Assembly: GCA_026988025.1 (NCBI GenBank)
Contig: JALSMB010000008.1
Coordinates: forward strand, 1,335 to 65,334
DNA length: 64,000 nt
Reading direction: 5' to 3'
Source: Candidatus Altimarinota bacterium
GTDB taxonomy: Bacteria; Patescibacteriota; Gracilibacteria; BD1-5; UBA6164
Positions 12,486 through 24,098 of the stretch are shown piece by piece. Positions within the stretch are counted from its first letter, which is position 1, and the number at the start of each line of letters is the position of its first letter. The position numbers and the translations under genes were made by a program. The notes under the pieces were generated by a model that saw nothing but the letters and a program-made list of their open reading frames with translations, ran no database searches and was not told where the DNA came from.

Positions 12486-13013
12486 ATGAGTGAAAAAAAG
12501 AAAAAACTTTTTCCAAAAATAAAGAAAAAGTTAAAGGGATTTATTGCTGATGAGAGTGGTAAGATAACAAAGAAAGATGCTCTAGGTTTGGCTGTATGAG
12601 CTATACTTTTTAGTTGAATTGAAGAAGTTAATGCTGCTGCTTGACATGCAAGTGGTAGTACTGTAACAGATTCTAGTATTTGAGCATCTTATTCTAGTGC
12701 TACACAACATTATAGTCAGACTTGATGTACAAATACTTCTCCTTGTAGTTCGGATCCAAGTATGTCAGATAGGTTGAAATGAGCTTCTGTAAATGCTTCA
12801 ACTTCATGTCAACATGCAAGTTGAATTGTTAACTGACATTATAGTTCTACACCTTCTTTAAATTCACCTACTACATATTATAAATGAGATTGAACTCATA
12901 TAAGTATGGATGCAACTCATGGTAGTCATGGTAGTCATGGTAGTCATGGTAGTCATGGTAGTCATGGTAGTCATGGTAGTCATGGTAGTCATGGTAGTGG
13001 TGGTTGGTGTTAA
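12486..13013 (+). CDS. hxsA: His-Xaa-Ser repeat protein (HxsA-like precursor), 175 aa
   Basis: Lys-rich N-terminus, one hydrophobic segment and a Ser/Thr/Cys-rich body with scattered HAS, HYS, HAS, HYS and HIS motifs. These are followed by nine HGS repeats and a terminal GGWC. Confidence 0.8.
12918..12998 (+). repeat. Perfect 9-bp tandem repeat catggtagt x9 (encodes His-Gly-Ser x9)
   Basis: Direct reading of 12918-12998. In frame with hxsA. Confidence 0.95.
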
Positions 13014-13035
13014 TTATATTTTATAAGTTGTAATT

Positions 13036-13734
13036 ATGAAGAAAAATATATTTATATTTATTATATTATTTTTTTTATGAATTAGTTTATATTTGAATTT
13101 TTTAGCTAAAAATAATATAGATACATGAAGTTTAGCTAAAAATAATATAGATACATGAAGTTTAGCTAAAAATAATATAGATACATGAAGTTTAGCTAAA
13201 AATAATATAGATACATGAAGTTTAGCTAAAAATAATATAGATACATGAAGTTTAGCTAAAAATAATATAGAAAGTATTATTGATGAATTTGATAAAATAA
13301 ATAATAAAAATAATTTTGATAAGTTTTTGAAAAAATATAATTGACAAAATTTACTATATACATTTTTAAGAGTTTGAAATAAAAAACTATTTTTAAAATT
13401 TCAAAAATATTCTTTTAAAAATAAAAACATATCATTAGAAAATTATGAAAATTATATGGGTAGAATCTTTGATAATTATAATTCTAAATGATATTTTAAT
13501 TGAAAATATATTAATAATTGAGAATATGATTATTTTTTAATATCTTTATTAAATAAAGATATTAAATTTAAGTTAAATTTATGTAATAAATGATTTAGTA
13601 ATGATATTGAAAGCTTAAATGCTTGTAAAAAATATTCACTATTTATGTCTTATGAAAATAATAATGATTGTAATAAAATGATGACATCTGTTGATAAAAA
13701 ATGGTGTATAGATACATTAAAATTAATAAACTAA
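13036..13734 (+). CDS. Secreted or membrane-anchored repeat protein (hypothetical)
   Basis: Signal-like N-terminus MKKNIFIFIILFFLGISLYLNF, then (LAKNNIDTGS) x5.7, then a Cys-containing C-terminal domain. Confidence 0.6.
13101..13270 (+). repeat. Perfect 30-bp tandem repeat, 5.7 copies (tttagctaaaaataatatagatacatgaag)
   Basis: Copies start at 13101, 13131, 13161, 13191 and 13221, with a partial copy at 13251. All are identical and in frame. Confidence 0.95.
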
Positions 13735-13740
13735 TATAAT

Positions 13741-15066
13741 ATGGATAATAATTTTGATACTAATTTTTATAATGATTTATCAGATTATATTGATAATGTT
13801 GATTATAGTTCTTATACTTTACAATATCCCCCTCCATTTATTTTAGAAAATAAATTTAATAATAAAGATTTTTTAGATTGATTTAAATTTACACAAAAAA
13901 AGGTATGAATATATATTCATATCCCTTTTTGTGATACAAAATGTACATTTTGTAGATATTATTCTATTATTGATTTTAAATTAGATACTTATTTTAAATA
14001 TGTTAATTATTTAATTAAAGAATTGGAAATTTATAAAAAAGTATTAGATACTAATAATATATTAATTGATACTATATATATATGATGAGGAACTCCTAGT
14101 ATTTTAGATGAAGTAAGTTTAGAAAAATTATTAAATTATATTTTTTTAAATATAAATTTAGATGATTCATATCAGTTTTGTTTCGAAGCAAATCCTAATA
14201 GTTTAAGTATAAAAAAGATAAAAATATTAAAAAAATATAATTGTAATAGATTAACTTTATGAATCCAGTCTTTAGATAGTAATGTATTAGAAAAGATAAA
14301 TAGAGTCCAATCTAAAAAAGATGTTATAAGATCAATTTATTATTGAAAAAAAATATGAATTGAATATATAAATGTCGATTTAATGTTATGAATTAAATGA
14401 CAAACGTATAAATCTTTTATTAATGATGTTAAAATTGTATCGTGATTAAAACCAGACATGATACATTTACATCCGTATACATCAACATGAAGAGTAATAG
14501 ATAATAAAAATTTCACATCAATTCGTGATGTTAAAATGAAAATGGAAAAAAATTGAACTTTATATTTAAAATCTAAATGATATTGAGATATAGAGTGAGA
14601 TGCATTATGATTCAATAATAATTCAAAAAATAAACAATTATTTAATGCTTTAAATTGATGAGAATATATATGAATTGGGGTATCTTCTGTATGATATAAT
14701 TCACTATTTAGAACTATAAATACTGATTCTTTAAATAATTATTATTCTTTTTTGGATAAATGAGCCCTCCCTGTTAAGTTTTGATCATTATTAACCAAAG
14801 AAGATAATATGATACAATATATTATTTATAATATAAGATATAATGAAATTTCAATAGGTAAATTTAATTCTATTTTTTGAGTTGATATACTTAAATATTT
14901 TAAAGAAGTTTTTTTATTATTAAAAGAAAAATGAATATTAGATATTATTAATAATAAAATTATTTTTTATTTTAAAACACCATATGAATACTCTGTATTT
15001 TCAAAATATTTTTATAGTAAGGAAATTTTATTAAAATCTAAAAAATTAATATATGAAAATAAATAA
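13741..15066 (+). CDS. HemN-like radical SAM protein (coproporphyrinogen-III oxidase family / class C rSAM methyltransferase-like)
   Basis: VGIYIHIPFCDTKCTFCRYY, IYIGGGTPS and NRLTLGIQSLD are the typical HemN/HemZ family blocks. Confidence 0.8.
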
Positions 15067-16723
15067 TAAATATGATTTAGTAGTTGCTTGATGATGACCT
15101 GGATGAGTAACCTCTGCTATAACTTTTAAAAAATTAAATCCAGAATCAAAAATATTAATTTTTGATATAAACTCATTTCCAAAACATAAAATATGAGAAG
15201 TTATACTTCCAGGGTCATTTATCATTTTAAGGAAATTATGATTATTAAAAGCTATAAAGGAGTACTGATTTTTGAGGAAAATGTGAGTTTATTACTATTG
15301 GTGAAAAAGTAAGGATAAATGATTTTTATTACCATCAAGTAGGCTAGAAGAAAAAAAATGAATATTTTATGATATGACTCCTGAAAATTATTCATATCAT
15401 GTAGAAAGATATCAATATGATAATATTTTAATTAAAGAAGCTATTAAGTTATGAATAGATTTCAAGCAAAATGTTAAAATTTGAGAAATTAATTATTTAG
15501 ATGATAATAATATTAATTATTTAGTTGTTAATAATGTAAAAATTAAAGCAGATTTTTATATTGATTCTACTTGAATTAATAAATGAATTATAACAAGTAA
15601 AATAAAAAAATTTAAAGAAAAAGATTTTTCATGAGATATATGTTATCATTGATATTTAGAATGAGCTAATTTTTTACATAATTTTAATTGATTAAAAAAA
15701 CGGGTTGCTACTACAGTTTGATCTTATTGAAATAAATGCTGGTTTTGGTATATACCAATTACAGAAAATATTGTTTCTGTATGAGTAGTATTTAAATCAT
15801 CTTGTAATAAGGATTTTGTTGAAATAAAAGATAAAGAAGAACTATTGATTAATGTTTTATGTAGTTTTACTAAAATTAAAAACGCAATTAAGGATGCTAA
15901 ATTTATAAATTATAAGTGATTAGAAAAAATAACTATTATTAAAAATTGGAACTGAATTTCTAATAAATTATGTTGAGATAATTGGATGTTAGTATGAGAT
16001 TCTGCTTTCTTTTCTGATCCAATTTTATCTGCATGAGTCACTATGGCTCATAAAACTTGATTTTTTGCTTGAACATTATTAAATAGTTATTTAAAGTCTG
16101 ATAGTAGTTCATATAAAAAATTATTATTAAAAACTTATGATTTGTATTGTAAAGATTTCTATTCTCAAGTATCAGATGTGATTAAATTTTGGTATGATTG
16201 AATGGACGAACAAAAAGATATTAATAGTCTATTTGATATATGAAAAGATACTATGAAAAAATTTGGTATTGTCGATAATGTATCATCTAGAAGCACATTT
16301 ATGTATGTAGTTAATTGATTATTTCAATCTATTGATACTTGATGAGATTATACTACTTTATATGAACAGGATGATTATGAAAACATAATAGAATGATTAA
16401 CATGAATTAATATTTCATTAAATGTTAATAATATTGATTGAAATGATGTATATGAATTTGTAAATGATTTTAATATAACGAAAAGGTTAAAATTAGATTG
16501 ATTTGATTTTAAATTAACTAAATTTTTACAAATTAAAAATATATATAATAGTTCATTTTTTATTAATGATTTTATATCTGATTTTGTTGATAATATTAAT
16601 TGAAATAATACTTTAAATGATATAATTACTATCTTAAAGTGAAAATATCATGATATTATTTTAGAAGATTTATACAAGATTATAAAAAAATTTATTCTTT
16701 TAAATTTAATTAAATGTATGTAA
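15053..16723 (+). CDS. Flavin-dependent halogenase (tryptophan-halogenase family)
   Basis: DLVVAGGGPGG (tga tga tga cct gga tga, 15089-15106), the WxWxIP motif as CWFWYIPI, and WMLVGDSAFFSDPILSAGV. Overlaps the upstream gene by 14 nt. Confidence 0.75.
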
Positions 16724-17217
16724 AAACTAATAAAAATGAATTATTAATTTTAAATAATTTTATTAATACTTTAAATGTTAATAAAATTTTAAATTATTTT
16801 TTTGAGAAAAAATTAGTGAATAAAAATACAGAGAAATATTCTTGTATGACTTATATTTTAAATAAAGAAGATTTATCTTTTTATTGAAATTTAATAGATA
16901 TAAGTAAAATATTGGATATTTTAAATTATAATTACTGAAAAAAATTTATTTTTTCATGAATATCTGAATATATTGAGATGAATAAATGAGATTTTTTACT
17001 TGAACATACTGATTGATTTCATGATTTTCAAGCAGTTTTATATTTATCTAATATAAATGAATTAGATTGATGAGAATTTATTATTGATAATTCATTATAC
17101 AATTTATTAGTGTGAGATATTGTAGTATTTAAATGAAAAAGGAGTCATTCAGTAAATTTAATAAAATGATGAAATAAAAGAATATCTATAAGTTTTTGAT
17201 TTAATAAAATAAACTAA
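16714..17217 (+). CDS. 2OG-Fe(II) oxygenase (prolyl-4-hydroxylase-like)
   Basis: LLEHTDGFHDFQAVLYLSN...GGEFII...GDIVVFKGKRSHSV...RISISF, giving an HxD...H...R facial-triad layout. Confidence 0.65.
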
Positions 17218-17222
17218 TTATT

Positions 17223-18374
17223 ATGAATAATATATGTTATACAATTAAATTGCATGAGTTATGTAATTATTGATGTTTATTTTGTTTCCAAAAACATGAA
17301 AATAGAGCTAATGCTGAAATAAAAGATAGGTTAGTTGTTTTTAATCTTATACTTAACGCTTATAAAAAATGATATAAATCTATAGAATTTACTTGAGGAG
17401 AACCTTTATTATCTAAAAATATATTTATATATCTAAAGTTTTCTAAAAAAATTGGTTTTAAGAATATTTTAATTAAAACTAATTGATATTTATTTTGAGA
17501 CTTAAATTTTGTTAATAATTGTATTTTATCTTGAATGACATCTTGCCATATTTCTATACATCATTATATATCAAAGAAACATGATTTTATTGTTTCTAAG
17601 GAATGAGCATTCTTTGAAACATTGAAATGAATTAGATATTTAAAAACTAAAAGATTACATTTATGATTACAAATAGTATTAAATAAAAATAATTATAAAG
17701 ATATAAAAGATATTATATTGTTTTTCTTAAATGAATGAATATTAGATTTTGTTATATTATTTCAAGAAATTGAATGAGAAGTTTATAATAATTTGAATGA
17801 TTTATTAATTTCTTATAATGAGGTTATCCCTTATTTATTAGATACTTTATCTTTATTTAATGGGATTAGCTGAAAGTATATAAAAATATTAAATTTTCCT
17901 TATTGTTTATTTCCATTAATCTATCACAAATATATAATTTCAGAAATCAATTTAACTGTCAATATCGAAGAGTGAGATATTAAATATATAAATAGAAAAA
18001 GAAATAGTAATTTAGCTTTAAATAAATGTAATAAATGTGATTTTTTTAAAAAATGTTCTTTAGTGGATATTAATTATTTAAATTTTTACTGAGAAGAAGA
18101 ATTTTGAAATAAAATATTATCTTCTAATTATAAAAATGAATTTAATATAATAGATATTTACATTAAATCTATAGTTAATTGAATATTTTATTCTAATATT
18201 AATGATTATATAGATTACGTTATATCTAAATTTTCATTTAGTGAATTTTATTTATATTTTCTTATTACTGATCAAAATAATACTTTATTTGAAGTTTTTA
18301 AGGATAACATAATTTTTGATGTTACTAGTTCAATTAATAAATTACATAACATTGGTATTATAAAATTAATATAA
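17223..18374 (+). CDS. Radical SAM protein (HxsC-like architecture)
   Basis: KLHELCNYGCLFCF, FTGGEPLL and a C-terminal CNKCDFFKKC (CxxCx5C). Frame verified open codon by codon. Confidence 0.8.
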
Positions 18375-18380
18375 GTTACA

Positions 18381-19025
18381 ATGAATACTTTTGATATTAA
18401 TAGATTTAATAATGAATTTGTTTTAAATAATAATAGTGAAAATATTGTTAAGGTCTTATATTGGTCTAAAACAAAATATAATAATGAATTTGTTATTAAT
18501 AAGATTAGACCATTTTTAAATAATACTAATCTTTTATTATTTAAAAAGATTATAAAAATAATATGATTTAAAAAAATACATATTTGATTTGATTTATCTA
18601 GAAAAGTAGTAAAATTTTATATATGAATATATGATCTTTGAATTAAAGAATCTTTTAAATTAATTAATGATATTAGGTTAGTTTTATGAATAAATGAAGT
18701 TTATGAAATTGAAAAAAATTTTTTAAAATTTGATTGTTTATGATTTGATGTATTATGTAATAATATTGAGCTTAAGGTATATGAAATAGTTAAAGATAAA
18801 TTTATGTATGATGAAATCGAATTATTAAATATAGATGAAATAGATATAAAGGAAATTTGATTTTTAAAAAGTTTTTCATGAAGAAAAAAAATTTTTTTCA
18901 GATTTAATAAATTAATAGATATATCTATTTTTAATAATATATTTTCTATTTCGGAAGATAATATTAATAAAAAAGTAAAATATTATTGTGTAGAAAATAA
19001 TAAAAAAGAAATATATTTTATTTAG
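18381..19025 (+). CDS. Hypothetical protein
   Basis: 214-codon ORF under code 25, tightly packed in the cluster. Recurrent (V/L)K(F/V)Y strands, but no confident family. Confidence 0.45.
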
Positions 19026-19037
19026 TATAATTTTTAT

Positions 19038-19690
19038 ATGAAAAAACTTTCTTACTGGATAAATCCTAAGTATTTATATCCAGGAAATATTATAAAATAT
19101 AGAAAAGAATTTTATGCAAAAGAATTAGTTAAAATAATTAAATTAGATAATTTTTTTAATGACTATATTATAAATAGAATAATAACTGAATTAAAACAAA
19201 AAAAAGCAAAATTTGAGTTTAATGATTCATACGAAAATTGAGTTGTAGATGTAGATTTTTTTCTTATAAATCAGTTTTTTTAGAAGAATTTAAAATTTTT
19301 TTATGAAGTAATACCTTTCTAAAATTTATTTCATTATTTTTTTGAAGAGATGTAAGATACGTTAATAATAGAGATTTAATTAATAAATATTCAAAATGAT
19401 GAATTCTAATTCAAACATTAAATAATAACAATCATATAAAATGGCATGATGACATAGATGATCAATGAATGTATATATTATATTTAAATGAAAATTATAA
19501 TAAAAAAATGTGAGGATTCTTAGAACTTTGATATAAAAATGGAGATGATTATATATGTTATGATAGAATCTCACCAGAATTAAATACTTTAGTTCTATTT
19601 ATGCCAAAGAAAGATTTATATCACCAGGTATCTAATATTTCTTATTGATTTGAGAGAAAAAATATTGTTGAACATTTATATTTTAAATAA
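19038..19690 (+). pseudogene. 2OG-Fe(II) oxygenase interrupted by a frameshift at a poly-T tract
   Basis: Frame 0 runs 19038 to TAG 19279-19281. The frame-2 continuation is open from 19223 to TAA 19688-19690 and carries HIKWHDDID, GGFLELG, LVLFMP..LYHQV and RKNIVEHLYF. T8 (19255-19262) and T7 (19275-19281) runs lie in the overlap. Confidence 0.6.
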
Positions 19691-19695
19691 TACTT

Positions 19696-20322
19696 ATGTT
19701 AAGTAATAATTATAAATACATATGTAATTTATATTGATGAAATTGATTTTCTAATTTACCAAATAGTATAAATACTTTTGAAAGGGTAATATATATTTTT
19801 GAAAAAATAAGTTGTTATAACGATTTTGAACATTTCCGTAGGAATTTTCCACCTGAATGGATTTTTATTCCATCAATAAGATTGAAAAGAAAAGATTTAT
19901 GGGTATCTTTTTTTAAGTATATATATATATATCATAAAAAAAATGACATAAATTTTTTAATAAGATTAAAAGAAAAAGGTATTTTTTGATCAGAAGGATT
20001 TACTGAATATATGGAAAGTTTGTATTATAATATTTTAAAATGATGATTAGATTATGATGAAGATTCTGATCTTACAATTACTTTTTCTAAATATACTACT
20101 AAATATATAATAAAGAACTATTGTACATTTAAAAAAGTAGATTTATTTAATAAAAAAATAAATATTCATCCTGTTGAGATAAGATGAGTAATAAATAAAG
20201 TATTGTTTTATAGAGCAACAATAGAGAATAATTTTGCAGATAAAATGTTTGATGATTATCCTGAATGAAAAAATTCAAAAAGGTTAGCGAAAGATTTTTT
20301 AAAATATTACTATAAAAAATAA
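19696..20322 (+). CDS. Hypothetical protein
   Basis: 208-codon ORF under code 25. No recognisable motif. Confidence 0.45.
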
Positions 20323-20323
20323 T

Positions 20324-21121
20324 ATGAATAAAGATATTTTATATAATTTAAAAAATATTGTCTCAAATGAATATCTTAATATTGATGTTTTAGGTTTTAT
20401 TTCAGATAATTTTAATAGTAGATTTCCTATACAGTATTATGTAATGGATAATTTTATTAATAAAGATTTGTATAAATCATTTGAAAATGAAATGTTAAAG
20501 AATATAGATTTTGATATTATCGATAAAAGAACAAATTCATTTATTAGTAATAAAAGTATATTATTGAATAATAAATCTTTTCTAAAAATTTATAATTTTT
20601 TTATATCTAAAGATTTTGAAATATTTCTTTCTATAATATTTAAAAGACATTTAAAAAGGTATAAAAAATTAGATTCTAAAAGAATTGAAGAATTAACTAA
20701 TATTAAGAATTCTTGAGTGGTTCAAATTTATGAGAAATGAGATTTTATGGATTGGCATACAGATATATCAAAAGATTTAAATAGGGATGAGTGTATATTA
20801 AAATGATGATATGAAGAATGGGATAAATGTATTGTAACTGAATTTGATGAAGTTGGAGCTTTTATTTACTATATATATAATTCTAATGATTTATGGAATT
20901 ATAATAATTGATGAAACTTAGAGTTATGAAAAATTTTAAATTGAGATATAAATGTATATAATAAAATTAAACCATTAAGAAATAGATTGGTTTTTATAAA
21001 ATCATCTAATGCTTCTTATCATAGAGTTAGTAAATTATTAAAAGAATGAGATTATAGAATTACTATACAAGATCTATTATTTGATAAATATTCAGAAATA
21101 TGAAATGAAATTCTACCTTAG
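20324..21121 (+). CDS. 2OG-Fe(II) oxygenase (P4H-like)
   Basis: GDFMDWHTDISK, GGNLELG, NRLVFIKSSNASYHRVS and RITIQ. Confidence 0.65.
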
Positions 21122-22827
21122 ATATTTATATAACAGAAATATGTAATTTAAATTGTGAATACTGTTATATTGATATTAAAAAGAAAGAATATAATTGATT
21201 TAATTATGTTGAATTTATTGATAGAATTAATTTACTACAATATAATACTATAAGATTTTTATGATGAGAGCCATTGTTAAAATGGAATGATCTGAAGAAT
21301 GTAATAAGAAATGTAAAGAAAATTAATGATAAAATTCAATTTATAATCATTACAAATTGAATTTTGTTGGATAATGAAAAATTAATTTTTTTAAGTAAAA
21401 ATAATGTTAGTATAGCTATATCTTTGCATTTTAATGTTATAAAGGAATTTAAAAATAAGGAGTTTTTAAAATTATTATATAAATATAATAATATTATATG
21501 ATTTATAGTTTTATTTAATTATAAAAAAGAATATTTATGAACAAATATAATGTTTTTTCTTGCAAATATATGATTTTTAAATTTTTCATTATCTCCAATT
21601 ACAACTGATAATTGGGATGATACTTTTTTATTAAGTATTGAATTAGAAAAAATATTTAATTTTTTATTATTAAACAAAAATATAAATATAGCAGAATCAG
21701 ATTGGAATTTTATAAAAAATCTTCATACTGATGATTTTTGTAGTAGGAAACAAGTAGATAAAGAATGAACATATAGACCTTGTAATAGATTTAATGATGA
21801 TTTTTTTAATAAAAATACTAATATTAAAGTAATAAAAGATTCATTTAATAAAATTAATAGTTGTAGTACTTGTAATGTAAGATGGTTTTGTGTATGTCCT
21901 TATTGATGGTATTATGATAATTTTTGAAATTCATTAGTTTATGATAAAAATAAAATAAAAAACTTCCATAATCTTAATAAAATTTTAATTGATTTTAATA
22001 AAAATGTAGCAAAACTGAGAAATAAAAAAAATTTTTTAATTGATGATATAGGTGAAATAAGATTTAATTTAACTAATCAATGTAATTTGAGATGTAATTA
22101 TTGTTATGTGCAATTTGATAATGATAAATTAGACTTAAATATATGAAAAAATATAATAAATTTCCTTTTAGAGCAAGAATGATTAAATAAAACTATTTCA
22201 TTTTTTTGATGAGAGCCTTTATTAGAATTTAAATTATTAGAAGATTTAACAAATTACGCAATTGAAAAATCAGTTTGATTAAATAAAATTGTTAACTTTA
22301 AAATTGCTACAAATTTATTACTTTTAGATAAATATATTTTAGATTTTTTTATAAAAAATAATTTTAAAATTCATATTTCGCTTAATTGAGATAAACAAAT
22401 AAATAATTCAAGTAGAGATAATAGTAGTGAACTTTTATTAAAAAAAATAGAATTATTAAATAAATGAAATATTAATTTTGATAATATAACTATATTAAAA
22501 TTAATATTTCCATATAATATTAATTTTTTAAATAAAAATTTAAAGTATATCTATGGTTTATGATTTAATAATATAAGTTTTGAATTATATTATTGAAAAA
22601 AATATACTCGGTCTAAAAAAGATATTTTATTGTTAGGTAAATCATTTTATTATCTCAAAAAATATTGAATATTAAATAAATTCAATATTTTAAACTGAAA
22701 GGATAATAATTATTTAGATATATCAGTTGATGGTAAGATAAATGATAATTCATTAGAATTTTTTAATTGAAGTATTGATTTTTCAATTAAAAAAATATTT
22801 AATAAAATTTTAACTAAAACAATGTAG
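21100..22827 (+). CDS. Didomain radical SAM protein (rSAM/SPASM fused to a second rSAM)
   Basis: Single frame checked codon by codon. Domain 1 has ITEICNLNCEYCY, FLGGEPLL and the SPASM-like CSTCNVRWFCVCPYG. Domain 2 has LTNQCNLRCNYCY and FFGGEPLL. Confidence 0.8.
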
Positions 22828-22828
22828 T

Positions 22829-24082
22829 ATGTGAAAAATTTTTTATTTTAAAGATAGGATAATTTTTAAAGATAATTTATTATGATTTGAAAAAGTACTT
22901 TTAGATTCAAAATATAATGATTATTGTATATATTTTGATTTTTATGATATTAAATTATCTTTAATAAAATTAAAATATATTATATTGAAAAATATTAATT
23001 TTATTGATTTTAATAATTTATATTTTTATAATTCTAATGATTTTATTAATCTATTACTAGATAAACCTATATATTTACCAAATAATATAAATTTATTTAT
23101 TAATGAAAAATGTTTTATTTGATGTAATTATTGTGATAATAATAATGATTGTTTCGAAAAATTATCATTATGAGACATAAAAATATTTCTTTGAAAATAT
23201 AATTTGTGAGATAATATTAATTATAATATCATATGACAATGAGATCCATTATTTCATTCAGATTTATTTAATATATTGGAATATATTAAATCTATTTGAT
23301 GACATATTACTTTTTTTACTTGATGAAAATCATTATTATATTGTAAAGATATAAATAAACTAAATAGTTTTGTAGATGAATTTAAAATAAATCTTTCTTC
23401 TTCAAGTTATCAGATATATAATAAAACTCATAGCAATAAGATAAATAAGGTTGAATTTGATAAGTTAATTAATAAAATTAAAATTATTGCTAAAAAATCT
23501 ACATTTATAACAATATTAACTAGTAAAAATATATCTGATTTATATAAATTTTATATGTTAGCAGTTAATTTAAATTGTTATTGATTAGAAATAAAAAAAA
23601 ATTTATTTTATAACAAAAATGATATTCTAAATAATTTAACAATAAAGAATAATATTATTAAATTATTAAAAATATTTTCAAAAAATAAATATATTAATTT
23701 CAGTTCAAATATAAATTGAAATTTTATACAATATAATAATATATCTAATTTTATTGATAGGTCTTCATTATTATTAGATAGATATATTAATAATAATTTT
23801 GATGATATAGATATTGATGATATAAATAAATTAGATAAATGTTTTCAATTTGGTAATTCAATTGATATTATTGAAAAATGAGTTGTATCTGTTTGTTGTC
23901 ATTATGATATTTGAAATATTTCTCAAATTGATTATGATGGTTTATATTATAATAATATATTATTTAAAGAAAAATATTTAAATTATAAAATTAAAACACC
24001 AAAATCTTGTGAAAAATGTCCAATGCCGATTGATAGGTACAAAAATTATTTAAAATATAATTTTGTGTCTTCATTAGTTTAG
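22829..24082 (+). CDS. Radical SAM protein
   Basis: INEKCFIGCNYC (CxxxCxxC), IIGQGDPLF and C-terminal Cys pairs (VCCHYD, CEKCP). Confidence 0.7.
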
Positions 24083-24098
24083 AAATTAATATTTTATA

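Noticed and set aside
13101-13270. Regularly spaced identical 30-bp repeats, which could be a CRISPR array.
   Set aside because: The repeats are directly adjacent with no spacers. They are in frame inside a CDS, and there are no cas genes.
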